64,000 bases of DNA from Lobosporangium transversale. Taxonomy: Eukaryota. Location of the stretch: NCBI RefSeq assembly GCF_002105155.1, contig NW_019028991.1, positions 558,001 through 622,000 of the forward strand, read 5' to 3'. A program made the position numbers and the translations under genes. Under the pieces are notes generated by a model. That model saw nothing but the letters and a program-made list of their open reading frames with translations. It was not told where the DNA came from and searched no databases. Shown piece by piece: positions 24,882 to 35,952 of the stretch (position 1 is the first letter of the stretch; each line of letters begins with the position of its first letter).

Positions 24882-27170
24882 TTATTGCGATGAATGAATC
24901 AATTGGCCCAACAGAACGTTAGCCTCTGTCCTCGGTGTAATCCATTTTACATAAATGGCGCGAAGGACAAGTGGTGGCCGCACTAACGTTTGGATAGTCT
25001 TCTGGTGATTGATCCGAGTCATTGAAATTTTGAGTGGCACATTTTTTGTGACGGTAGTTGAGGCTTTTGCTGATATTGTTATGTCTGTTGAGGGTGCTGT
25101 AGATACAATTTGAGCATGCAAGATGAAGCGTTCGCATCTTCGCCACACAGCGGTACAGATGTCTAACCAGACTTGTTCTTCTGCAAGTTCTTGTGGTGTC
25201 TGGTATTGATCAATCTTGGTAACATGTTCAATCCCCTCGTTATGGTCGCTAGATTTTACATTCCGATTGAAGCATGATGCAGCTGGCGCCTTGTATAATA
25301 ACTTGCCTCTTCGAGCCAGACTCTGAAGTACTTTGTTTATGGTTTCTTGTTGGCTTTCATGGAAGCAGCTTTTACCAAAATTAGTACTTCTGGAGCTGAA
25401 CATTGTGTCTAGTCCTAAATTGCGATCCACAATATTACCACTGCCTGCTCTGTCCATGGCTTCGTTAGAACCCTTGTCGACTGCCCCTGCATCGCTTCGT
25501 TTTTTGAGCCCTAACAGAGTCCACAAGATATCCTCTTGGTCGGCAGAAAGCACCAACTTAGCTTCCGCAGTGCCGTCGGTGATCGAGCATTCCATATGGG
25601 TGTGGAGGCGCCATTTGCGCGATAGACATCCAAAAATACAACTCATCCCTTTGTAATCGTTATTGCACTCGTTACAGATCGCCCGGATTATTATAGTGTG
25701 TATCCGAGTCAACCAGCAGATGTGTCTGGTAATGTCAAGGTTTGGTACCTTGATAGATTCATCATTTGAATAGGTGGAGGCATCAGTAGTCATATTGGAA
25801 AATGGTAGTGATGACCATAGGTCAGAAAGAAAAATAATACCATCATCAAAGCTGTCACTTTGAGGGCTGTAATCAGCTCTCCGTCGAACAAAAAGGTCTA
25901 AAGGGCTTATGGCTCGTGGTCGGTCCCTCTGTTGCTTGAATGTCATCAACTTTGAGACTTTTAATGTTTCGGACATCTCTGAAATAACTGGCTTTGTCTT
26001 CGGAGGTCTGCTTTGCACAGGAAGAGAGCTTTCTGGGACGTCAATACCTTTCTCATCACTAAAAAAAACAGGAGATCGTGCTCGCTTTCGCTTCCCAGGT
26101 CGCTCAGGCTCATGGTGAAGTCTTACTTGATGATGAATAGTGAATTGATCTGCTTTGTTCAATATTTTGCTGCCCTGCATTACTCCTTTGTTAATCGATC
26201 TCTTCTTCATGAGAGAAGGGGATAATGGCATTGCTCTAACCTTCGTTTTCCCTGCTATTCCAAGAAATGATACTTTGGCGCCTTCTTCCTTACTGATCTC
26301 TTCCCAAAGCATAACAGCTCTTGTAACCTCCATTACAGAACCAAGAGTAAGGAGTGCGCTCGTCGAAGATTCTCCTGAAAGAGTGTTGTTCTGATTTTGA
26401 GTGTCGACAAGGCAGTTATTCAGTAGAACAGCAACGATTTTTTGTGGCATTCTTGGGATAGAGTGGTTTTCTCCCTCATGTTTTGACTGAAATACATTAG
26501 CTCTGTCAATGGAGTAGTATCCATGCCCTGGATCTGACCGATGAGTTACGGATTCCTTTCCATCGTTCTCAGGAGAATCAATTTCTTCCTCACTGTTGCT
26601 AGCAGTAGTACCCTTGCTGATCGTCGTTGATTCATCATCCGAGAGCTGAATCATATTTATACCGCTCTTAGTCATTTTTTCTGCTATTTCCGCTTGTTGT
26701 TCATTCTCGATCCGTGAACACTCTCGAGCTGTCTCTGATATTGATTGTTCCTGCAACTGCTTTAGCCAGATGATATGGTCAGGAGTCTCTCCATTCCACA
26801 TTTTTTGGAATATTTTTATGGCATCCTTGTGGAGCGAATAGGGACGAGAGTCCTGAAGCACCTCAAGCAGCTGACCCGAGGAAGATGATGCAGTAGAAGC
26901 GTAGCGCTTTTCTGATATAATAACGTCCAGTGCGTGTGTGCTCGGAAATGTGTCAAGATCGATGGCAGTACAGGGTGTGCTATTATTAGTCATTGTTGTA
27001 TGTCCCATTTTGGTGGCGCTAACCATGTGTGTTATTTGACCATAGAAGCTCAATACTCGTTTCCGTTTAGCACTGTTGGCAAGTGCAGCCTTGTAATCAG
27101 AGGAATGAATCTTGTCGAAGACCCGGTCAATTGAGAGACATGATTCTGGTGAGGATGCTGTGGAATTCAT
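24882..27170 (-). CDS. 762-aa protein with a C-terminal Zn-ribbon/OB fold, CTC1-like (CST complex)
   Basis: Long uninterrupted ORF. CNEC..C...C is followed by MECSITDGTAEAKL..ILWTLLGL, resembling the CTC1 C-terminal OB fold (LVEDGTAEA..AALGL). The ORF is solid; the identity is inferred. Confidence 0.6.
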   Translation of the reverse strand: MNSTASSPESCLSIDRVFDKIHSSDYKAALANSAKRKRVLSFYGQITHMVSATKMGHTTMTNNSTPCTAIDLDTFPSTHALDVIISEKRYASTASSSSGQLLEVLQDSRPYSLHKDAIKIFQKMWNGETPDHIIWLKQLQEQSISETARECSRIENEQQAEIAEKMTKSGINMIQLSDDESTTISKGTTASNSEEEIDSPENDGKESVTHRSDPGHGYYSIDRANVFQSKHEGENHSIPRMPQKIVAVLLNNCLVDTQNQNNTLSGESSTSALLTLGSVMEVTRAVMLWEEISKEEGAKVSFLGIAGKTKVRAMPLSPSLMKKRSINKGVMQGSKILNKADQFTIHHQVRLHHEPERPGKRKRARSPVFFSDEKGIDVPESSLPVQSRPPKTKPVISEMSETLKVSKLMTFKQQRDRPRAISPLDLFVRRRADYSPQSDSFDDGIIFLSDLWSSLPFSNMTTDASTYSNDESIKVPNLDITRHICWLTRIHTIIIRAICNECNNDYKGMSCIFGCLSRKWRLHTHMECSITDGTAEAKLVLSADQEDILWTLLGLKKRSDAGAVDKGSNEAMDRAGSGNIVDRNLGLDTMFSSRSTNFGKSCFHESQQETINKVLQSLARRGKLLYKAPAASCFNRNVKSSDHNEGIEHVTKIDQYQTPQELAEEQVWLDICTAVWRRCERFILHAQIVSTAPSTDITISAKASTTVTKNVPLKISMTRINHQKTIQTLVRPPLVLRAIYVKWITPRTEANVLLGQLIHSSQ

Positions 27171-27328
27171 TATGTGTGTATCATGTACTGATGGAACTCA
27201 ATAAGGAAGAAGGCAAAAAAAAAAAAAAAAAAAAAAAAAAATTGTTTGGGACAAAAAGTGTTTGGACAAAAGGCCATTTGCTTTTGTCTAATTTCTCTTC
27301 CTCTCTTGTTGCATTCATCATTAAAGAA

Positions 27329-30016
27329 ATGGATCAACATATATTACCACTATCGCCAAATAAAGCAGTGGCTGCAACGACAACATCTACTTCCACGTTG
27401 ACTATGACCACAACTACCACAACTAATGAAGCTGCGAATTCCATGCCATGCCCAAAGATACCTGATGGTGACATGTCTCAGGGGCGGACCATGGGAACCT
27501 CCCAGCAGCCATTGACACTTTACAAGGGACAGGTGGAAGGCGAACACAGTCTTGGGAATAACGACGCTGAAGCTGAAGCTTTAAAACAAAAGTTGTTATT
27601 GCTGTCTCGAAGCCGATATGATCAACTGAGCAGGAGTATGGAGAATTTGTTAAAAGGTGCTTTGTGGATTATCAATATGAATAGTATTACATAATGTATG
27701 CAAACAGGACAGCAAGAGTCTTGTTGTGTCTCAAGGTTTCCCCGCTTTTTAATAATAATACTACTATTGTTTTAATTTTTTTATCTTTTATTGACAATGC
27801 TATCCTACTTACAACCGTCATATCTAGGGTTCAGTACTACAATGGACAGGGATGTATCTCTTCTGATTGCAGAGCTGCATAAGACAAAAACAGAACTACA
27901 TGATATCCGCATTGCATATGCAGAACTTCAGTCGCGTGTTGATAGTGAGCGAGCCCAGCTGAGACTGACAGAGAATCGACAACCATGTCCATCGACAGAG
28001 GAGCAACAGCAACAGCTGATTCAAATATCTACACTCCCGGACAATATACAAAAGGATTCAGACGCTTACCTGGATCAATATCCAGTGCATCATAGAACCC
28101 TGATGGAATTGCGATGGCAAAACGCCGAGTATCTGACACAATTACAGCAGCAAAACCAAGTTTTAATCAATCTCAAAAACGAATTAGATATGGCCACCTC
28201 AGAATTAATGCGTGCGATGGATGACATTAATACTCTGAGTTCTCAGAAAAGGGAACATTTGTCGGCGATTTCGACTTTGGAACGCGAAAAAGAACAGCTG
28301 CAAGAGTCGGTCCATAACAAGACTGTCGTCAACTCGCAATTGGGGGCATTGTTAGACCACCGGCTGAATGAATTGAGAAATATTACGCACATTAATCATA
28401 CTCTCAAAGCCGAGGTGGAGAAGTCTAAGTTGCTCTTGGGAAACCGACAGGAGGTACAGAGCACGGACGTGCAGGTTGGCGGCGTGGTGGATGTAGAGGT
28501 GAAAACACTTATGGAGGAAGTAGAAAAGTGGCGCCTCGAATGTATTAAATACAGCGGGTTTATCGCAAAATACTATGAAGACATCGTAATGGTGGTCGCG
28601 AGGAGGCATAATACATCATTAAACACTGGTACAGCATCAGCGAAGGATTTTCGAGATATCAAAGGGCCTACTTTAGGCTATTTCCATCCTGACAGGGCAT
28701 CAAATGGCATTATTCAGTCAGTAACACATCTAGTGCCAGGGACTGCTCAAAACTCAAGCATGCATTCCTCAAATACCCCGCTGTCTAGTGCACAAAATAA
28801 CGACCAACAACTGCAACAAAGGCCTGCAGCGGAGCAGATGGCATTAGAGACCTCTACTTCAGTATCAAATGTATTGGATCAAGAAAGAACGAGCATCGCG
28901 AGTCCTCCTACAATGGATAGACCTGCTTTTATTGATCCCATAGTGACAAGCGAGAGTAATCAGCCAAGCCTAACGGAAGGAAGGTTGGATCCTACGCCCC
29001 AACTGCCACGACTCTCGAATCAAAAGCACCAGGCCCTGAATCTGGCTATGACACCCTTGCAACAGCAGACAGCACAAACTCTAGATATGAGCAAACATGC
29101 GGAAGAGCAGCAAGACCACCAAAGTCATCGAGTAATAACGACAGCGGCAGCAAACAGGCCGCAAGATCCAACTTTTGACGGACTGACGAATTTTGAAACA
29201 ACGCAACAGGGTCTAGGGCAGGCACGCCAACTCATATCGATGGCCAATACCGTGACATCGTCAGGTACGGCAGCCAACCAGCCGAACAATGTTTCTACTA
29301 TCGCAAAACCAAGTCCAACAAGTGGACCTGAGGAAGGTGTTTACAATCAGTCAATCTCGACACAAGTTCCAGCCTCCAATGGCGCATTAATCAATTCAGC
29401 TTCAATCTCCTCCGAAGATGGCTCCCAGCCACAGAAACAATCAATATTTAAACCACCTCTCACACCAGAAATCTTCGTGTCATTCTCTTCCTCTCGGAAG
29501 AAGATACGAGCAGCGCCAAGGATTTCATCGGAGTATGGCCTACTAAATTTAGAGCATACTGCGAGCATACAACAAGGCAAAAAACGGAAGCTTATCGTAG
29601 ATGGGGATGAAAGCGCAGATGAACACTACACGGCAATTAAAGTTGGGGCAATGTCTACATTCCCCTCATCACCTGCTTCAGCTGCATCTGCCACAATGCC
29701 AACAAACAGTTCTTCGCCGCAGCACGCGGAACTAAGAGTGTTGGACAGTACAGTGTCAATCAGAAATGAGACCCCAGAATCAGAAATGGCACAACCAAGG
29801 ACACAAACTGAAGAGCAGTCTATTCCTAATGATGATTATTCCGCTAGCACCACACAGGATAACCATGTATTGCGAGATCAGCACGAAGGTGTTGCGCCTT
29901 TACCATCGTTTCAACCGAAACGGTGGTTGTTGTCAGCGGTTGAAATCCCGGTTGCACCTAGCAATAGGCGAAAAGAAACAAGGGTGACTGAAGAGACAGA
30001 TAAAATGTATTTCTAA
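27329..30016 (+). CDS. Hypothetical coiled-coil protein with a disordered C-terminus, 2 exons
   Basis: ATG at 27329, intron near 27657-27827, then a long exon with heptad-rich N-terminal half and a basic KKRK patch. Confidence 0.75.
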
Positions 30017-30374
30017 GAAGGATATCCTTTTGGAAATAATAATAAACACCTTTCTGCCTGCATGCATGCAAACTCTACATCTCTTTCTATATTCCTATTT
30101 TGTCATATCATTTCTAGCCAATTTAAATATCAAGCATACATGAATCTAATATCCATTGCAATCAGCTGTATTAATTACTGTAGTATAGAATAATCAATTA
30201 GTCGAAGTTATGATGTGTGAGAGTTTGTTTGTGATCGCACGATCTACTGACCAAGCATGAATTTTCTGTTTGTACACACAACTCTTAATTTAATCCCTTT
30301 TTGATTTTTATTATTCTGTTTTGATTACCAAGTTCTTTAGAATTAGTGACAAAAAAAAAAAGCATAACTTTTTT

Positions 30375-31702
30375 TTAGTCATCGCTTTGATGGTATGAAA
30401 CCTTGCGCATCTCGCCAAGAACACGTCTCGCCAAGGTCAACTCCTTCTCTAACTTCAGAATCTCGACTTGTTGTGTCATCTCCTTAATCTTGAATTCATG
30501 TGCATTCATGTTTTGATAATCTACCTCCTGTTCCCGCTGCTTCATCTCACGCTCCATAATAGCCTTCACAGCTCTCACCAATGCTCGCGAGGCTTCTGTC
30601 ACAGCCTTAGATGCACGCTCCAGGTTGTCCTGGGCTTTGGACATAAAGTTTGCCTTCACACGTGATGCTGCCACTAACTGAGCCGTTGCAGCTGCAACTT
30701 CGTTCGACGCCACCAGCAATTGTTCCATTGAATGTGTTTTGGAGATTACGCCATCTGCTGTCTCAACCAGTAGTGTGGTCGCCATAGCCACTGCTTTAGC
30801 TGCAGATATCAGGCCTTCAGTCCAGCGGTTATTCTTCTTGTAAAAGGCTGCATTCGTGGAGGTGCCTCTGCCCTGAGCCACGATTTCCTGCTGCGAGATC
30901 GTTGCACATTTAATAAGGTGTCCAATCGCCTGCATCATCGCCATCGCACTCTCCAAAATTGAGGCATTAACTTGCAGTTCAATCGTGGACAGACCATCAT
31001 TCTTGGGCTTAGCCATCAATGCCTGAAGGCGGGCTGTAGCCTCCTCGATTGTTCTGGCAGCATTACCCATTTCCATCTCAACCATATCACCCAGATCCAA
31101 TCTAGAGGAATCCAGTTGACTGTTCTTGGGTATCAAATTCTCAGCAGCCTTGGCCAAGCGCTCCAAGACCGCTTGCACATTCTCATTGGACCTTGTGATA
31201 GTCGTGATCGATCGCTCAGGACTCAAACCACCTAAATGAGATGACATCACGTTTGTAAAGAATTCTTGAGTTGCCTGAGCAGAGGACCTTGCCTGGCGTA
31301 CAATTTCCTCCGCATCATCATCTTTCTTGGCCAGTCGTGTAATGCCCTTGGAATTGTCCATCACTTCTGCTAGCGTTTGGGAGAGCTGAAGGGCAGCTCG
31401 AATAGCTTCGATCTGGTTCACATCGTTTGTAGATGCTGTACGCAGGTATTGCATTAATGCAAGCTCAAATTCTGTGGATGCAGTTTGGGCTTTTTCAATC
31501 ATAGACAGTGTGAATTCAGGTGTAGCGTGTTGGTTGCCCGGTTGTGTAGGTGTCTCAAGATTGTAGATGCTTTCCTCGACCTTACTAATGCATGTCTCCA
31601 AAATAGAATCTAAATACAGAGGAATAATAAAGAAGGGTTCATATAAGAGATTTGACAATAAAAGTCAGCTAGATATGTATAGTACCTGAATAAGTTTCTG
31701 TA

Positions 31703-31736
<34 letters not shown>

Positions 31737-32561
31737 CATACCAAGAATCTGCTGCAACTTGCGCTTCTGGGCGCTTGTCATGCTGTCAATGCGGGCTTGA
31801 AGAGCAGATGCTTGTTCACCCTGCGAGTCCTTCAACGTCGCTAATTCAAGAAGAGTTTCGTCCAAGCCGCTCTCCAGAACAGCCTTCTCCTCATCATTCT
31901 CAATTTGCATGCGTTCAATCTCTGCCTTCTGATCCTCCACTTGACGAACAAGTGAATCAATTTCACGTTGTCGGCGCTAATATAAACGAATGATTCGTAA
32001 TCAAAAAAAAAAAAAAAAAAAAAAAAAAAGAATCTTAGTAAAGCAAGACATGAAGTGCTTATTTTCTTCGTATCCATAGTCCGAGAATATCAGCGTTCGG
32101 AACGTACGTTGGCCAGATCCTCCAGGTCCTGCTTCTCCCGGTTAAACTTGGCCACCATAGCACCAACTTCCGAGCTCTTTGATCGTCCCAAATCTTCGAC
32201 ACGTCCGTTTGCCATCTCTAGATCACGCTTCAATCTCGCAATCTCATCATTCTGAGTATTCTGCCATCTCAATAATTCGTTCTTGGCACGATCACGTTCT
32301 CGGACCATATCTGCCATCTGCAAATTCTTGTCCTTGATTTCTTTCTGCATCTTCTCCATTTTGTCGACAGCTTCCTGGGCTGAGTTAGCCTTGAGTTGAA
32401 CTGTCTTGAATTTCGTTAATAAATCCAGATGCTCTTGACGAAGCTGGGAGTAAAGTTTGGCAAGAGCTTCATACTTGGATTTCCAAATATTGATTTGTTC
32501 TTTAAAACAAAACATGGATATACAAAAATAAAAAGTATACATGTTAGTTAGCATTGCGATG

Positions 32562-32594
<33 letters not shown>

Positions 32595-32795
32595 TTCAAA
32601 ACAAACACACTTATTTTGTTAGACTTACCTTGAATATTTTGGATCATAGAATCCTTGGAGGCAAGTTGCTGTTGAGCATTCATATTGATCAGTTGCATCT
32701 CATTCTCTAATCCCTTAACCCTCTATGGTTTCAATAGAATACAAGAAAGACCCATGTTTACTTAGAAAAAAATTGCTACCCCAGCTTAGTCATTA

Positions 32796-32830
<35 letters not shown>

Positions 32831-33404
32831 GCTGGTGGAGACATACTTGGTCATATTGGTTGATGAGCATTTGATCACGCTCATACTGTCCACGAAGCGC
32901 AAGAACGTCTCTCTCCAATTCTGCGAGTCTACCTTCAGCCTGACGTTGCATTTGTTCTCTTGCTAACTGTTCGCGTTGAAGACGCTCTCGCTCCATTTGT
33001 TGGCGCTGCTGTTCCTCGAAATTCTGCTGCAGACGCAAAGCCTCCATCCGTCGTTGCTGCTCTTCTAGCTCGCGCTGCTGTTGAAGTCGATTCTGTTCCA
33101 GTTCATATTCGCGTTGCTTCTTTGCAATTTCGCGCTGCTGAGCTGCCCAATCAGGATCGGGAGTTTGGGGTGGCGTTTCCTTAACAACAGGTTTACGTTG
33201 AGGAGTCATTGGGGGAGAGTCAGATCCGAGCAAATTGGGTGGGTCCTGGGGCAATCTAGGAACGCTGATCAAACTGGTCAAATACTTGAGATTGGAGCAC
33301 TCATAGTAGAACTTGATCAATGCATAATGTTGTGCATTGAAGCGCTGTCTCAAAAGCACAAGTCCTTCAGGGTCGCTGGTTCCTAGTAACATATTACGAA
33401 TTGG

Positions 33405-33446
<42 letters not shown>

Positions 33447-33463
33447 CTATGGCTGTCATCCTT

Positions 33464-33497
<34 letters not shown>

Positions 33498-34603
33498 CCA
33501 AAGTAGATATCAAGACTCCATTTTGTACGTACGCTTATGCATAGCACGCAGCATGCTGGTTGCAAATTTGTAAATAGCATAACTCTCTTCCACTAATGGA
33601 ACCAGAGCAGCAATCCTGCACTCGTTGTTGGACGAAGGTCGGAAGTTGGCAAAGACAAGTTTTTGGAACTGATCAATCTGATCCTGCAAGTTCATCAGGT
33701 CCGTAATGGTTTCGTATCTAAACAATAGTCCCGGGCAATATTTGAACAGATTCATTAGATATATGAATAAAAGAGGAAAAAAGATAAAATCGTCTAAACA
33801 GCATCGCTTCCTTCCTTACCCTTCATTTGGGTCATCGATACCTCTAAGCGAGATATACTCCTTATAATCAAAGGTGCCATTGAATTCGGGGTGATTGGCG
33901 TGGTACCGCAGCTTGGAGTGCAAAAAATCGACATAATTACGAATCAAAGTACTGTAGCCTATTCAACATAAGCAAACGCCGGTGTCAAATCGACTATAGA
34001 TCTACATCTTTATGACCCCTCAACGTAGCGTTGTTCCTTACCTCGTCCGTCGTACTGCGCGGTGGAGCGGGCACACTGGTCCAGCCAGTCAGCCTCTTTT
34101 TGAGCGTCTTTCAATGTCTAACCATGAGAAGTCCCATTAGATCAAAAAGAAAAGTAGCAAACAAATCTGATTGATGGCGGATTACATCCATGTTTTTCGA
34201 TCTAAACATACTACAGGGTGTCCATCGCGGATAATCTTGTGAGCGGATATGAGGGCCTTGAACGTCTGCACCTCATCACCCAGCATGGGCTGGGTGCGGA
34301 AGGCATGCCACACCGAGGTTGATGAGCGATAATCCCAGGTATAGACAATACAGGCTGAAAACCAGAATTATGAGAATTAAACAAGGTTTGATGTTGAATT
34401 GCATTAAGCCAAAAATGATGGGAGGACTAGTATGAGCAAAAAAACGCAATTACGTCAACAGCAAAAAAGATATGGCGACACTAGTTACCTCGAACATGCT
34501 TTTGCTTGGGTGCAGTTTCATCAGGGTTAGTAGCCTTCTTAATATGAAGGACGAGTTCAGACTCTGCTTTCTCTCTGTCGACTGGGCGCGCAGAGAAGGA
34601 CAT
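30375..34603 (-). CDS. SLA2: Endocytic adaptor Sla2/End4/HIP1R (ANTH, coiled coil, I/LWEQ), multi-exon
   Basis: HIKKATNPDETAPKQKHVR, CRIAALVPLVEESY, FYYECSNLKYLTSLI, FYKKNNRWTEGLISAAKAVA, QLVAASRVKA. Confidence 0.95.
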
Positions 34604-34662
34604 GATGACAGAATGATGTGAACTGAGATGAGAATGCGATGGAGCTATTACTGTTGTTATTG

Positions 34663-34697
<35 letters not shown>

Positions 34698-35245
34698 CCT
34701 TCTGTAGTGATGTCGATATTGAATTGTAATTTAGGCTGATATTGAAATAAAAGAGGTGAAAGAACAAATTAGAGGAATTCAACTTCTGCTTCCCATCAGG
34801 AACAGTTACATTGCAACATGAAAATTTATTTATTTATTTATTTACCTCAGCTTCGCTATAAACAATCTGCTGTCTGTTACAACTGATGATAGAATGTAAA
34901 TGAACGAGAAGAGATGGAGGTAGAGATGGAATAAAGGAATGGAGAGAAAGAAGTAGATGGAGAAGTGGGAAACAAACTTTTTTTTGCTATAAATATACAT
35001 ATTTATATAATAAATTCATTTGACTTGCTCTTATGATGCTCCTTTCTCTTCTCTTTCGTGTGACATCCACAGAGAGATATCCTTTTGCCTCACAATTGAA
35101 CATCGAAATATGTTGTTAAACAGCCAATTGTCTATACTTTGAACAATGACTATGACAAGCTTTTTCCTATTTACAAAAGTCATGAATGATGTGGCTAGGT
35201 TACGAGCAACATCTTTGCTTCCCATAGTTTAACGGATTGAAACGG

Positions 35246-35611
35246 CTAGACGCCTGTCTCTTGTAGAATACTCCTCAATGCTGTGCTTGTAGATGGGAAG
35301 TTGTTTCTGAATGCAGAATCTGCTTCACTTAACCATTGACCCCTGGTCACTATCGAGCAGTGAGAATGTTGACCAGCGGGGTTTCGGAAGACTATGACGC
35401 CCTTTGTGAGTAAAGCCTTTAGACGAGTGATATCAGCGCCCCATTTCTCCTCTGCTTGAGCAGCAAGGACGTAGACTCTGTATGAGCACAAGTTTGAGGC
35501 TCGAGCATCAGCAAAGAGCCGACGGCGTTTGTTGGCATCTGACTCCTCCAGAGCTTGAGAATAGAATTGTGTCTCTGAGATGCCTGTCTGCGGATACCCT
35601 ATACTTGACAT
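35246..35611 (-). CDS. Small intronless protein resembling two HAT repeats of splicing factor Prp6
   Basis: 121-aa ORF with a good ATG context. VYVLAAQAEEKWG, LLTKGVIVFR and VTRGQWLSEAD parallel Prp6 IWITAAKLEEANG, IIDRAITSLR and INREQWIQDAE (from recall). Confidence 0.65.
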   Translation of the reverse strand: MSSIGYPQTGISETQFYSQALEESDANKRRRLFADARASNLCSYRVYVLAAQAEEKWGADITRLKALLTKGVIVFRNPAGQHSHCSIVTRGQWLSEADSAFRNNFPSTSTALRSILQETGV

Positions 35612-35952
35612 GTTGCTTGCGAAAATGATTTGACAACGAAATGAAAAGACAATGGTAGCGCCTACCGTGGTAATTTGGAGAAATAGAGCAAGATAGATAT
35701 ATGATTATTTGCATGGAAATAAATCCTTTATTGTTAAAGCACGTGCCTCCTGGTGCCCAAATTTCCTGATTGGATACCCACTGCCTGTCAATTGTTGCTG
35801 ATTGCAAAGAGCACAGCCCACTGATGTTTTGTTACAATCGTGCAAACAAAACAACTTGCCCAAACAACTCGCTCTCTTGTTTCGCCACCTCTCCGTCTGC
35901 TCACTGTCTTTCTATTTCCTCTTTTCATTCCAACAAATCCTAGCCCTATTAC

